A DNA stretch of 64,000 bases from Candidatus Adlerbacteria bacterium (GTDB lineage: Bacteria; Patescibacteriota; Minisyncoccia; Phycocordibacterales; SBAW01), in contig CAINNF010000023.1 of NCBI GenBank assembly GCA_903851045.1, positions 202 through 64,201 of the forward strand, read 5' to 3'. This document shows, piece by piece, positions 41,954-50,480 of this stretch; the stretch's first letter is position 1, and every line of letters begins with the position of its first letter. Made by a program: the position numbers and the translations under genes. The notes under the pieces were generated by a model, which made no database searches, was not told the origin of the DNA, and was given only the letters and a program-made list of their open reading frames with translations.

Positions 41954-42626
41954 ATATAACTTCGATCTCGATGACCTTGTCGGTCGCGAATCGGTAGAGC
42001 TGCGCGGGACGGAAGGCGCCGCCACTCTTCTTGTTCGGCACCTCTTTGAGGATGTCGAGCTTGAGGATCTTCTTTCGAAAATTGCGCTTGTCGAGGTCGG
42101 CGCCGAGCACCGCCTCGTAGGCGTGTTCGAGTTCGGTGAGCGTGAACTCTTTCGGGAGCAATTTTTGCAGTAGTGTCGTGTAGGTCACGCGCGAGCGAAG
42201 ACGCGCGAGCGCCACCTTCACTATCTCGTCGTGATCATAGGCGAGCCCTCGAGCATCCTTCAGCGGACTCCACCGTGCGTCACTCGTACTCCCCCGCTCC
42301 ACCTCCGAGAGTCGCTCCCACGGCACGAACCCGAGGTACGCGACCGCCACCACGCGACCACGCGGGTCTCGGTCGATCGTGCTAAACGTATACAACTGTT
42401 CGAAGTGTACCTTCGCGGATGCGATACTCGTCTTCGCTTCGATGTGCCGCTTCGCCGCTTCATCCGCGGTCTCCGTGGGGCCAATAAGCCCACCCGGCAG
42501 CGCCTGCATCCCCTGAAAGTGAGTATTCTGCGTCGTGATCAAACGCACCCACAACCGGTCATCATGTAACGAAAAAAGCACCACATCAGTAGCGAGCACC
42601 GCAAACCGTAAGTCTTGTACTTTCAT
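41952..42626 (-). CDS. nrtR: NrtR-family regulator (Nudix + wHTH)
   Basis: ALPGG, EQLYTF...RDPRGRVV, LAYDH, FTLTELE..YE...LDKRNFRKKI, RPAQLYRF. Confidence 0.9.
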   Translation of the reverse strand: MKVQDLRFAVLATDVVLFSLHDDRLWVRLITTQNTHFQGMQALPGGLIGPTETADEAAKRHIEAKTSIASAKVHFEQLYTFSTIDRDPRGRVVAVAYLGFVPWERLSEVERGSTSDARWSPLKDARGLAYDHDEIVKVALARLRSRVTYTTLLQKLLPKEFTLTELEHAYEAVLGADLDKRNFRKKILKLDILKEVPNKKSGGAFRPAQLYRFATDKVIEIEVI

Positions 42627-42662
42627 TAGTGTATATTGTACACAACATATGTATTGTGTCAA
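42626..42662 (-). promoter_or_regulatory. nrtR promoter with overlapping NrtR-type operator
   Basis: TTGACA-N16-TACAAT on the minus strand; box TTAGT-GT-ATATTGT-AC-ACAAC at 42626-42646. Confidence 0.7.
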
Positions 42663-42729
42663 ATAGAAACCGCCGGGCCCAATGAAGGGTCCCGGCGGGT
42701 AGTGATGCCTACTCGTGCAGGTATCGATA

Positions 42730-43566
42730 CTACGCGGTAATAATACCGCGGGAGATCAGGTGGTCACGCAGGCCCATCGGGTCGTCCTTGTCGACAACAA
42801 TGATGTTACCGAAATGCCGCTCCGCGACCCCAGCGGTTTCGAACGCCGAGAAATTGCCGGCCCGCACCTGCAGTGCCAGATCCTGCGTGACGCGGCCGCT
42901 GCCATTGACCAGAAAGATTGGCCAGCCGCGCTTGGCGCCCAGCATGATCTCGGTCTGGGTGATTGCGCCGCCGTTCCATGCGACGATGTGGGCGCTCTTG
43001 AAGTTGGCGAACTGGATCAGGCGGTCCATCATCGCAAAGTACGATTTCAGGTCGCCGTCCCAGTCCAGCATCGAGTCGCCGTCCTGAACCAGCATAATGC
43101 CGGACATATTCGGCGCTGGCGCGGTGCCGTAGCTGTCCAGTACCAGTCGCGAGTTCCCCTGCAGCGTCGGAATATCGACCAGTGGGGCTGTGCCGAGGGC
43201 AACGCAGCCCGCATTGCGCGGATCCATCGCCAGGAAGCCCGCGGCATCGGTGACCATCAGGTCGACCTGGTCGTTGACGGTTTGGCGCGTCGCGCCGGTA
43301 AAGGCGAGGCCGCGGAACCCTTTGTAAGCGGTCAGAAAGAAGTGAATCATGCCGATCTTGTCGGCCTCATTCATCCCTTTGCAGCCGCCGGTGATGCGAA
43401 CCATCACATGCTTAGCCGCACAGGTAGCCATCAGTTGGAAGTTGGCCGAGACCTCGCCTTGACCGACGAAGAATAGCTTAACCTTGCCGCCCGGCGCGGT
43501 CACCTGGTGAGGGTTCGCGATGGCATTCCGGACAAACTCCGGAAGATCGATAACGTGGGTGTCCAT
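42730..43566 (-). CDS. SLOG-superfamily protein (TRPM/LSDAT-like)
   Basis: ITGGC, FTGAT, ALGTAP, WNGGAIT..E, GWPIFLVNGSGR. Confidence 0.7.
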   Translation of the reverse strand: MDTHVIDLPEFVRNAIANPHQVTAPGGKVKLFFVGQGEVSANFQLMATCAAKHVMVRITGGCKGMNEADKIGMIHFFLTAYKGFRGLAFTGATRQTVNDQVDLMVTDAAGFLAMDPRNAGCVALGTAPLVDIPTLQGNSRLVLDSYGTAPAPNMSGIMLVQDGDSMLDWDGDLKSYFAMMDRLIQFANFKSAHIVAWNGGAITQTEIMLGAKRGWPIFLVNGSGRVTQDLALQVRAGNFSAFETAGVAERHFGNIIVVDKDDPMGLRDHLISRGIITA

Positions 43567-43642
43567 TTTCTTGTAGCTTTCCTGTTACATCGGTCGAAAT
43601 GACCGACGGGAGTCACCTCTCTGGCCACCATTGGCAGACAGG

Positions 43643-44419
43643 TTAGGCTATCGCACCAAGCTCGATGAGTTTGGTTCGAATGGATGCACTCGTACGCTCT
43701 ACTACGTGCACGTTTGGATGGTCGGACAGAAACTGTGCATCATTGGCATACTTTTCGGTCGTGCGACCACTGCCGTTGATGAGTAGTACTGGCCAGCCCA
43801 ATTGTGCCCATTGCAGTATCTCTTTTTCGGTGACACCGCCACCGTTGTAGGAGATGAGTAGCTGTTTCCAACCCGCTCCTTGCGAGAGTAGTTGGGCTGC
43901 CTTGCGAGCAAACAGCATCTCGGCATCCCACATCACACCTTGGTCGGCAGATCCTTGGACTACCACACACATATCCTGTTCGGGATGTATCTGTGTGTAA
44001 TATTCCTCACCCGGTTCGTCGTAGACCAATATGCCGGTCCGGACAAGTTGCAGATGTTGGATGTTGCCGTCAATTTCAATGCGTGGCACGACGCCGAGTG
44101 CAACCGTGTTCGGGCATCGTCGTCGAATACAGGGGACTACTTCCGTGATACTCGGGATGACGGTATCGGGGGTATCTTTGCGACGCATTTGTGTGCCGCC
44201 AAAGAGAAATGCTCCCTTAAAGTCACCCCGAAACGCATCCGCGTATAAATCGTACAAACCGTGTGCATCTTGAGGGGTCATGAAGCCACAACCGCCAGTG
44301 ATGCGCACGAGGTAGCGATGTTGCGCCCGAGTAAATTGGACCATGACGGTCGAAGATATCGGATCGCCCGTCCCTTGTATATGCAAGGAGGGACCACAAC
44401 CGTCCAGATAGTTTGTCAC
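43643..44419 (-). CDS. SLOG-superfamily protein (TRPM/LSDAT-like), paralog
   Basis: ITGGC, FGGT, ALGVVP, YNGGGVT..E, GWPVLLINGSGR; AAGGAGG RBS. Confidence 0.7.
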   Translation of the reverse strand: MTNYLDGCGPSLHIQGTGDPISSTVMVQFTRAQHRYLVRITGGCGFMTPQDAHGLYDLYADAFRGDFKGAFLFGGTQMRRKDTPDTVIPSITEVVPCIRRRCPNTVALGVVPRIEIDGNIQHLQLVRTGILVYDEPGEEYYTQIHPEQDMCVVVQGSADQGVMWDAEMLFARKAAQLLSQGAGWKQLLISYNGGGVTEKEILQWAQLGWPVLLINGSGRTTEKYANDAQFLSDHPNVHVVERTSASIRTKLIELGAIA

Positions 44420-44494
44420 GAACCCTCCTTTTGTTTTGTGGGTATTTTTCGAATTACTCGAATTGACACGTAAAAGTCAAAGAACACAAGCAAA

Positions 44495-44523
44495 ATTATA
44501 CTCTAATAGAAAATATATGTCAA
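44495..44523 (-). promoter_or_regulatory. Consensus sigma70 promoter for the SLOG pair
   Basis: TTGACA-N17-TATAAT. Confidence 0.8.
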
Positions 44524-44649
44524 TACCTCGTGGGGGTCGCTTTTAAGTCAGTGTTCTGGTTGTTTAATGTATATTATAGGGACAAAGAAAGAGCCGGTAC
44601 CCCACAAAGGAGGTACCGGACTCGAGATCCGTAGGAATAAGCGACCGAA

Positions 44650-45066
44650 TCAGTCAGCGTACCGAATCGGCCATACGTCGTCGTCCACATCCAAGACGCT
44701 GTTGAAAAACTCGGCAATCGCGCCGACCATGCAGACGAGCCACGCGACAGTCAACACCACCACAACCCCCGTCAGGGGAATCGCAGAGAGCGCCGTCAGC
44801 CACCAACAGTACGCCCATGCATCCCGCATGGACGAATCCATCAGCCTGGCCGCAGGTTCCGCATAGTACGTCAGCAGGATGAAACCTGCGAAAAAGCACA
44901 GGAACCATGCGAAGTGTCGGATTCGGTCGCTGCACCTTTCGGTGCCAGTGACCACTCTGCACAGCAGGCCCACCAGTCCAATAACAATCACCCAACCGAC
45001 AAGGTGTACCGTTTGATCGCTCATCATTGTCTCCCCACCATCCAACCAGATGGTCACACACATCAC
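44650..45066 (-). CDS. Hypothetical membrane protein
   Basis: Three hydrophobic segments; start probably near 45027 (GGGGAG RBS). Confidence 0.55.
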   Translation of the reverse strand: MMCVTIWLDGGETMMSDQTVHLVGWVIVIGLVGLLCRVVTGTERCSDRIRHFAWFLCFFAGFILLTYYAEPAARLMDSSMRDAWAYCWWLTALSAIPLTGVVVVLTVAWLVCMVGAIAEFFNSVLDVDDDVWPIRYAD

Positions 45067-45178
45067 CCCGAAACTGTCGAGGCGCAGTAGAACTTTGCTC
45101 TAGAAATTGTAGCATTAAAATTCATTTGAGTCAAGCATCTTGTGAAAACGGCCCTTCCCTGCTTGAATACTATGGTAC

Positions 45179-45264
45179 GGAGAGATGGATGAGTGGTTTA
45201 AATCAACAGTTTACTAAACTGTCGGCCCGTCAAGGGCCCGCGAGTTCGAATCTCGCTCTCTCCG
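45179..45264 (+). tRNA. tRNA-Ser (ACT), rare A34 anticodon
   Basis: GGAGAGA/TCTCTCC-G73, ACAGT-TTACTAA-ACTGT, long variable arm, GCGAG-TTCGAAT-CTCGC. Confidence 0.88.
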
Positions 45265-45307
45265 CAGGAACGTGCATGGTGTTATCTAACCGTGTCCCGT
45301 TACAACC

Positions 45308-46036
45308 ATGGCACATACACCAAGAGACGAGCAGCTCATCCAAGATCTAACCTTAATAAAAGAGACGATGATTTCTGTTGCTACGCACGGAAAACAGATC
45401 CAGGATGTTAATGATGACTTTCGAAGGGTTTATGCTCGCGCGGTCGCGACTCTAGCACGGAGAAAAATCGAAAACCCACTTACATTTGGAGATCTGTGGG
45501 AGTGGTACGCACGCTGGAAAACGGGAGATTTGCCGACATATGAATCGCGTCGCGTATATGTTCGCAACCTTGTTGACCCCCTCATTCGTAAGCTCCAGAG
45601 TGGTCACGAAGAAGAATTCACACCCACGGGTTGGAGTCGTGTTGATCGAAATGTCGAAGAGATGCGGGAAGTCCTTGGATATGCCTCTAATGAGGAACAA
45701 TTTCAAACTGTCGGACTAGTTGGGCGGGAAGCGTTGATTTCTTTGGCGCAAGCTGTCTACGATTCAACTAAACATCCACCTTTAGAGCAGGGGGTGATTA
45801 TTTCCGACACTGATGCTAAAAGAATGTTGGAAAGTTATATTGCGGTTGAGTTAGCGAGCGAAAGTCAGGAAGTGCGGGCGCATGTTCGCTCCGCTTTGGG
45901 ACTTGCATTAAAACTTCAACACAGCAGAACTGCCACACTTAGATTGGCGTCTATGTGTGCCGAAGCCACCACAGCCGTGATAAATCTGATTGCAATCATC
46001 TCGGGCCAAAGAGACCCAGGGAACGAAACTGCGTAG
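45308..46036 (+). CDS. Putative abortive-infection-associated protein (AbiJ N-terminal-like plus helical C-terminal domain)
   Basis: DLWEWY..W...LPTY.SRR; C-terminal LQH..TA; lower GC; directly after a tRNA. Confidence 0.5.
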   Translation: MAHTPRDEQLIQDLTLIKETMISVATHGKQIQDVNDDFRRVYARAVATLARRKIENPLTFGDLWEWYARWKTGDLPTYESRRVYVRNLVDPLIRKLQSGHEEEFTPTGWSRVDRNVEEMREVLGYASNEEQFQTVGLVGREALISLAQAVYDSTKHPPLEQGVIISDTDAKRMLESYIAVELASESQEVRAHVRSALGLALKLQHSRTATLRLASMCAEATTAVINLIAIISGQRDPGNETA

Positions 46037-46154
46037 AATAAAGAGTGACCGCTCCCCCTAAGTCTACCTAGTCGCGCACTCGCCAAAGTAGCCTTGCATT
46101 GGTTGGCACGTCCAAGTTCTAGACCGACCCTCTCCGCCAGAAATTTGCAGAGGC

Positions 46155-46448
46155 TCAAGCTTTCACTATCTTCTTTACGAACGAGTCGGCGACGAGGCGA
46201 AAGGCGGGGCGGTCTTCTTTTTCGTAGATGATCTTGATACCGAGCAGATGGCCGTTCGGACAGGTGAGGTCTTTGCGTGCGAGCGATACTGCGGGCTCGC
46301 TGATGCGGTCGACATACATACGACGTAGGCCCCCAGGACCATCTTTTTGATACTGGCAGATCTTCGCACCACACTTCTGACACGAGATGAGCAGCAGTCG
46401 CGAAGCTCCACCGCGCGCATGTTTGTATTTGTCGTTTTTGAGTTTCAT
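46155..46448 (-). CDS. Small Zn-ribbon-like conserved hypothetical protein
   Basis: CQKC..YQKDGPG.LRRMYVDRI..CPNG. Confidence 0.65.
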   Translation of the reverse strand: MKLKNDKYKHARGGASRLLLISCQKCGAKICQYQKDGPGGLRRMYVDRISEPAVSLARKDLTCPNGHLLGIKIIYEKEDRPAFRLVADSFVKKIVKA

Positions 46449-46449
46449 G

Positions 46450-47067
46450 TCAGGATACACGTGCATCAATGTGCGAAAGTGTACCAAGTTGTCGGCGACG
46501 GACAACAAGAGTCGTGACAAAACCGATATTAGATACAACAAGCGCAATCGGGAAGAGCGCTGTCGTCAGATTAAAAGAGGTGAGTGCGAAGATGCTAATG
46601 AAATATTTAAGTATAGAGAGAACGTAGAGACTTAGAGTTTCCTCGTGTGGCTTAAAGAACGCTTTTCGATATGTAGGCGCAAAAGAAATAGTATCGGCGA
46701 GTGTAACGATAATAACTGCCAACAGGGGGTTATCTGTTAATCGCCACAAGACAATCGCAACAATTGCGCTGCCAAAACATATCCAGTCGAAGGTCGTTAT
46801 GTTCTTCTCACCTCTTGAAAAAGAGAGAATCGCAATCCCAAGAACTCCAAGAGCGCTCACGCCGTTCACCCACGCACCGGCTCCCGCACCAGTGAAAAGT
46901 TGCGCACAGAAAGTAATACCAAGCATGAGGGCAAAGCCTATCCACGAGAACGGGTGCGGCTTCGTCGTGCCGCGAAAAATGTCTCGGTAATACGGTATAT
47001 AGCCGATAATGCCGATAATAGCGGCCAGGCCGCCAAGCATGATGTGGTAGTTGCAGGCCATATGCAT
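46450..47067 (-). CDS. Multi-pass membrane protein
   Basis: IPYYRDI..G.TKPH..SW; PTYRKA...P.EET. Confidence 0.7.
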   Translation of the reverse strand: MHMACNYHIMLGGLAAIIGIIGYIPYYRDIFRGTTKPHPFSWIGFALMLGITFCAQLFTGAGAGAWVNGVSALGVLGIAILSFSRGEKNITTFDWICFGSAIVAIVLWRLTDNPLLAVIIVTLADTISFAPTYRKAFFKPHEETLSLYVLSILKYFISIFALTSFNLTTALFPIALVVSNIGFVTTLVVRRRQLGTLSHIDARVS

Positions 47068-47125
47068 TCGAAAAGTATATCAACACCCAAGGGTTTGGAT
47101 CCCCCAGCTCAATCGTACAGCGTTT

Positions 47126-47857
47126 TTACCCACCGTACGCAATCCGCAGCGCCTCTTCAGCCAGCAGCACCGTTGAGTTAAACAGCGAAACCGAAGTATC
47201 TTTTTGTGTAATAGCGAGCGGCAGCTCGGTGCATCCAACAATCGTACCCTGTGCACCATCACTTGCATATCGAGCGACAATTGCTGCCAGCTGTTCTACT
47301 TCATGCAATCCTTGTGAGCCTGATATCACATGCAATATCGCGTTGTTCAAGACAGATTGCTCCGTGTCTGACGCGACGATAGTAGCGATACCAAGACGAG
47401 CGAGTGTTGTTTCGTAGATATGATAATTCCTCGTACTTTGTGAGCTGAGCAGCCCTACTTTTGTATATCCCGCATCTTTTACCGCCTTGGCGACCACTTC
47501 GACAAGGCTGATGATGGGAATTGAGACAGCTGCCTGCATGTCGTCATATAAATAGTGCACCGTGTTACAGGGGATGACGATAAAATCACATCCCACATGC
47601 TCGAGCTTTTGCACTCCGGCGATGAGCTGCTTTTTGACTTGTGCCACATCCACAAACCCAGTCTCATCAAAACCAACCAGCGGCAAGTTGTACAGCATCA
47701 TCGCTGGGAAGTCGTGGTCTTGCTCGGCGTGATAGTGGTGTTGAGCAAGATCAACTAAGTGCTGATAGAAGTCGGCACTTGCCGCCGCACCCATGCCACC
47801 AAGGATGCCGATTGTTTTGTGCGGTTTCGACTGCGCACACGAAATATCCTCTTTCAT
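47126..47857 (-). CDS. Aspartate/glutamate racemase family protein
   Basis: IGILGGMG, IPCNTVH, VGCTELP. Confidence 0.9.
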   Translation of the reverse strand: MKEDISCAQSKPHKTIGILGGMGAAASADFYQHLVDLAQHHYHAEQDHDFPAMMLYNLPLVGFDETGFVDVAQVKKQLIAGVQKLEHVGCDFIVIPCNTVHYLYDDMQAAVSIPIISLVEVVAKAVKDAGYTKVGLLSSQSTRNYHIYETTLARLGIATIVASDTEQSVLNNAILHVISGSQGLHEVEQLAAIVARYASDGAQGTIVGCTELPLAITQKDTSVSLFNSTVLLAEEALRIAYGG

Positions 47858-47878
47858 ACTCCTTCTTGTTTAGATGGT

Positions 47879-48002
47879 AAAAAGCGACCTTAAGGCCGCT
47901 TTGGAAAGTTCGTGTATTTAGAAGAAATTACAAACACTCGGAAGCAGCTTCAACATGTGGGCTGCGACGACGGTTCTGCGTGTTTGCAATCGAGAGATGC
48001 AT
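47879..48002 (-). promoter_or_regulatory. Putative attenuator: 24-aa leader peptide plus terminator upstream of the racemase
   Basis: ORF 48002-47928 MHLSIANTQNRRRSPHVEAASECL; AAAGCGGCC-TTAA-GGTCGCTTT-TT. Confidence 0.45.
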
Positions 48003-48134
48003 ACGAGGAAAGTATCATCCATTTTGGATTTATGCAATGAAATATACGAACAATCGGTAACTGAAATATTTTCTGTCTCCCTATTTATGGTCTAACATCA
48101 CACCAGTCGAAAAATACTATACACTTAGTACCAT

Positions 48135-48698
48135 ATGACTCCCAAACAAATCGAAGTCGAATATCGCTCACGCATCAGCGAGGAAGAGTATCATGCGCTC
48201 ATCGCCTTTTTGAACGCGCACGCCGAGGACTTGGGTGAGGATGATAAATCCATCCACTTCTTCCTCTTCCCGGACAAGACGCTCAAGGTGACCGACAACA
48301 TCTCGCAAGGGTCGGCAAAGATCACGCTCAAGCTCAATCGCATCGGCAACGGCGCGATGTTTGAGGAGTTAGAAGTGCCGATTGCGCGCACCGACGTCGA
48401 CAAAATGGTGCGGATATTTGATACTTTCGGCTTCGACCACCTTATCGAACCGATTGTGAAGCGACACAACTATACGTACAAAGGGGTCGAGTTGGCGGTG
48501 AAGTATAGCGAAAGTTGGCAGTATCATGTCGAGCTTGAAGTTATGATCAATGACGAAGCGGAACACGCTGCGGCCGAAGCGAAGATCCGTACCGTTGCTG
48601 ACGAGCTCAAACTCCACATCATGACAGAGGAGGAGCTTACTGCTTTTACCACAGTGCTTGAAAACAACTATCGAAAGAACAAAGCACCGACCGTATGA
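48135..48698 (+). CDS. CYTH domain protein
   Basis: IEVEYR, KITLK, EELEV, KR, VELEV. Confidence 0.8.
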   Translation: MTPKQIEVEYRSRISEEEYHALIAFLNAHAEDLGEDDKSIHFFLFPDKTLKVTDNISQGSAKITLKLNRIGNGAMFEELEVPIARTDVDKMVRIFDTFGFDHLIEPIVKRHNYTYKGVELAVKYSESWQYHVELEVMINDEAEHAAAEAKIRTVADELKLHIMTEEELTAFTTVLENNYRKNKAPTV

Positions 48699-49549
48699 AC
48701 ACCCTCCCCTTACCATCGTACGTTCCCGAATATGCGACGCCGGATCTTGAGCGCATTGCGCATCCTGACCCATCGAAAGTGCAGGTGACGTGGATCGGGC
48801 ATTCGACTTTTCTTGTGCAGGTCGCGGGATGTAGCATCCTCACCGACCCTATTTGGAGCGAGCGAGCATCGCCGGTGAGTTGGGCAGGCCCTAGGCGGTA
48901 CGCGCGGCCGGGTGTCTCGCTTGCTGAGCTGCCACCAGTCGACGTCGTCTTGATTAGTCACACGCACTACGATCATCTTGACCGCCCGACTATCAAGCAG
49001 CTCGGCGCCTCGCCTCGGTATGTGCTGCCGCCGAACCTCGCGCCGTGGTTCGCGAGGCTTGGTATACGAAATGTCGTCGAGCTGCCGTGGTGGGAGAGTG
49101 CCGACATGAGCGGCATCAAAGTCACCGCCGTGCCAGCGAAGCATTGGTCAAAACGAAATGTCTTTGGAAGAAACACAGCGGGTTGGGGCGGCTATATCAT
49201 AGAGTCGCCAGTCGGCACCATCTATTTCGCGGGAGACACCGGCTATCACCCCGACTATTTTAAAGAGATCGGGAAGCGATTCCCACACATCGACCTCGCG
49301 CTGCTCCCTGTCGGGGCGTACTATCCACGAGCGGTCTTCGGCCGATACCACATCGACCCACGCGAGGCAGTCGTGCTGCACAAGGAGCTCGGCGCACGCA
49401 GGTCGGTCGGCATGCACTGGGGCACGTTCAAGCTGACGCAGGAGCCGCTCGGCGAGCCGCCCCTATTCCTGGCGAGCGAGGTTGCTGCTGCTGGGTTGGC
49501 GGCAGACACATTCTCAACCATGCAGATCGGCGAGACACGGGTCCTATAA
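48695..49549 (+). CDS. MBL-fold metallohydrolase (NAPE-PLD/RomA-like)
   Basis: TWIGHST, LTDPIWS, ISHTHYDHLD, FAGDTGY, MHWGTF. Confidence 0.92.
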   Translation: MNTLPLPSYVPEYATPDLERIAHPDPSKVQVTWIGHSTFLVQVAGCSILTDPIWSERASPVSWAGPRRYARPGVSLAELPPVDVVLISHTHYDHLDRPTIKQLGASPRYVLPPNLAPWFARLGIRNVVELPWWESADMSGIKVTAVPAKHWSKRNVFGRNTAGWGGYIIESPVGTIYFAGDTGYHPDYFKEIGKRFPHIDLALLPVGAYYPRAVFGRYHIDPREAVVLHKELGARRSVGMHWGTFKLTQEPLGEPPLFLASEVAAAGLAADTFSTMQIGETRVL

Positions 49550-49610
49550 CACACATGACAGAAAAAACCTGCAGCACTCGCGCGCTGCAGATTGTTGGTT
49601 AGATGCTCGA

Positions 49611-50372
49611 TCACTCATACGACCGTTGGAGATTCCTTCGAGCTGCGTCTTCATACCTGTCTCGAAAGTATGCGGTCGAGTAGATCGCATGACGGTCCAA
49701 GAACAAGCGGAGCACCTTCGCGCGGCCGGCCGAAAATTGCTCCGGCGACAGGAAGGAGTATTCGGCACGGATACGGGTTTCGTATACGTCGAACTCCTTC
49801 TCGGGTGCGCCCAGGACCGCGAGGTCAAGGTCGACCACCCACTGGGCATCCCCCGCTTCGGGAGGTGCTCTGTGCAGGGTCGCCAGTATCAACGCGGATA
49901 CGTGCGCTCCCAGATGCTGCGACAGTCCAAGCTTCTCGATAGCTTGTACCGCGACATACGCGCTACGCTCCTCGTCGCTGGCGATCTTCGCGTCACCGCT
50001 CGCCTGCGGGTCACATACGGCATCGTGATACCACACGGCAAATGCGACGGCCGTTGGGTCCGCGAGATGTTCGCGCACACGCTCGCTCTCATCGAGCATC
50101 GACACGATGTGCGCGAGCGTATGATATGCGCGGTGCGGCTCGCTGTATCGTCCCACCAGGTCATGAAAGACCTCCTCCGACCGGGCGGGGTTGCCACAGG
50201 CGCGCATGAGCGACGCCCAGTGCCGTCGCGCCTTCCCAAGCACGAACATGTTCTTGAGCGCCACAACCACGACCGTAATGTCATAGAACGGTGCCATACG
50301 CTCTATCACATCGATGTGCCCGTTCGTGATAGGGTCGAGACTCGCCGCATACAAGGCTATCCGTTTCGCCAT
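49611..50372 (-). CDS. HD phosphohydrolase fused to a short CoaD-like N-terminal remnant
   Basis: YAASLDPITNGH (HxGH) for about 40 aa only; then RAYHTLAH, WYHDAV, DLDLAVL, RIRAEY. Confidence 0.7.
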   Translation of the reverse strand: MAKRIALYAASLDPITNGHIDVIERMAPFYDITVVVVALKNMFVLGKARRHWASLMRACGNPARSEEVFHDLVGRYSEPHRAYHTLAHIVSMLDESERVREHLADPTAVAFAVWYHDAVCDPQASGDAKIASDEERSAYVAVQAIEKLGLSQHLGAHVSALILATLHRAPPEAGDAQWVVDLDLAVLGAPEKEFDVYETRIRAEYSFLSPEQFSAGRAKVLRLFLDRHAIYSTAYFRDRYEDAARRNLQRSYE

Positions 50373-50480
50373 ATGCAACCTCCTTTGTCAGTGTGGTTTC
50401 GTGAAAAAGTACTCCACTGCGTGGTATTCTCGGTCCCTTCACAACATGTGTCAATGCTGTATAATAACGATTATACAACT

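Noticed and set aside
49482-50480. N-terminal extension giving a 587-aa TrmB
   Set aside because: Antisense to the HD gene; homology starts at ATG 50481
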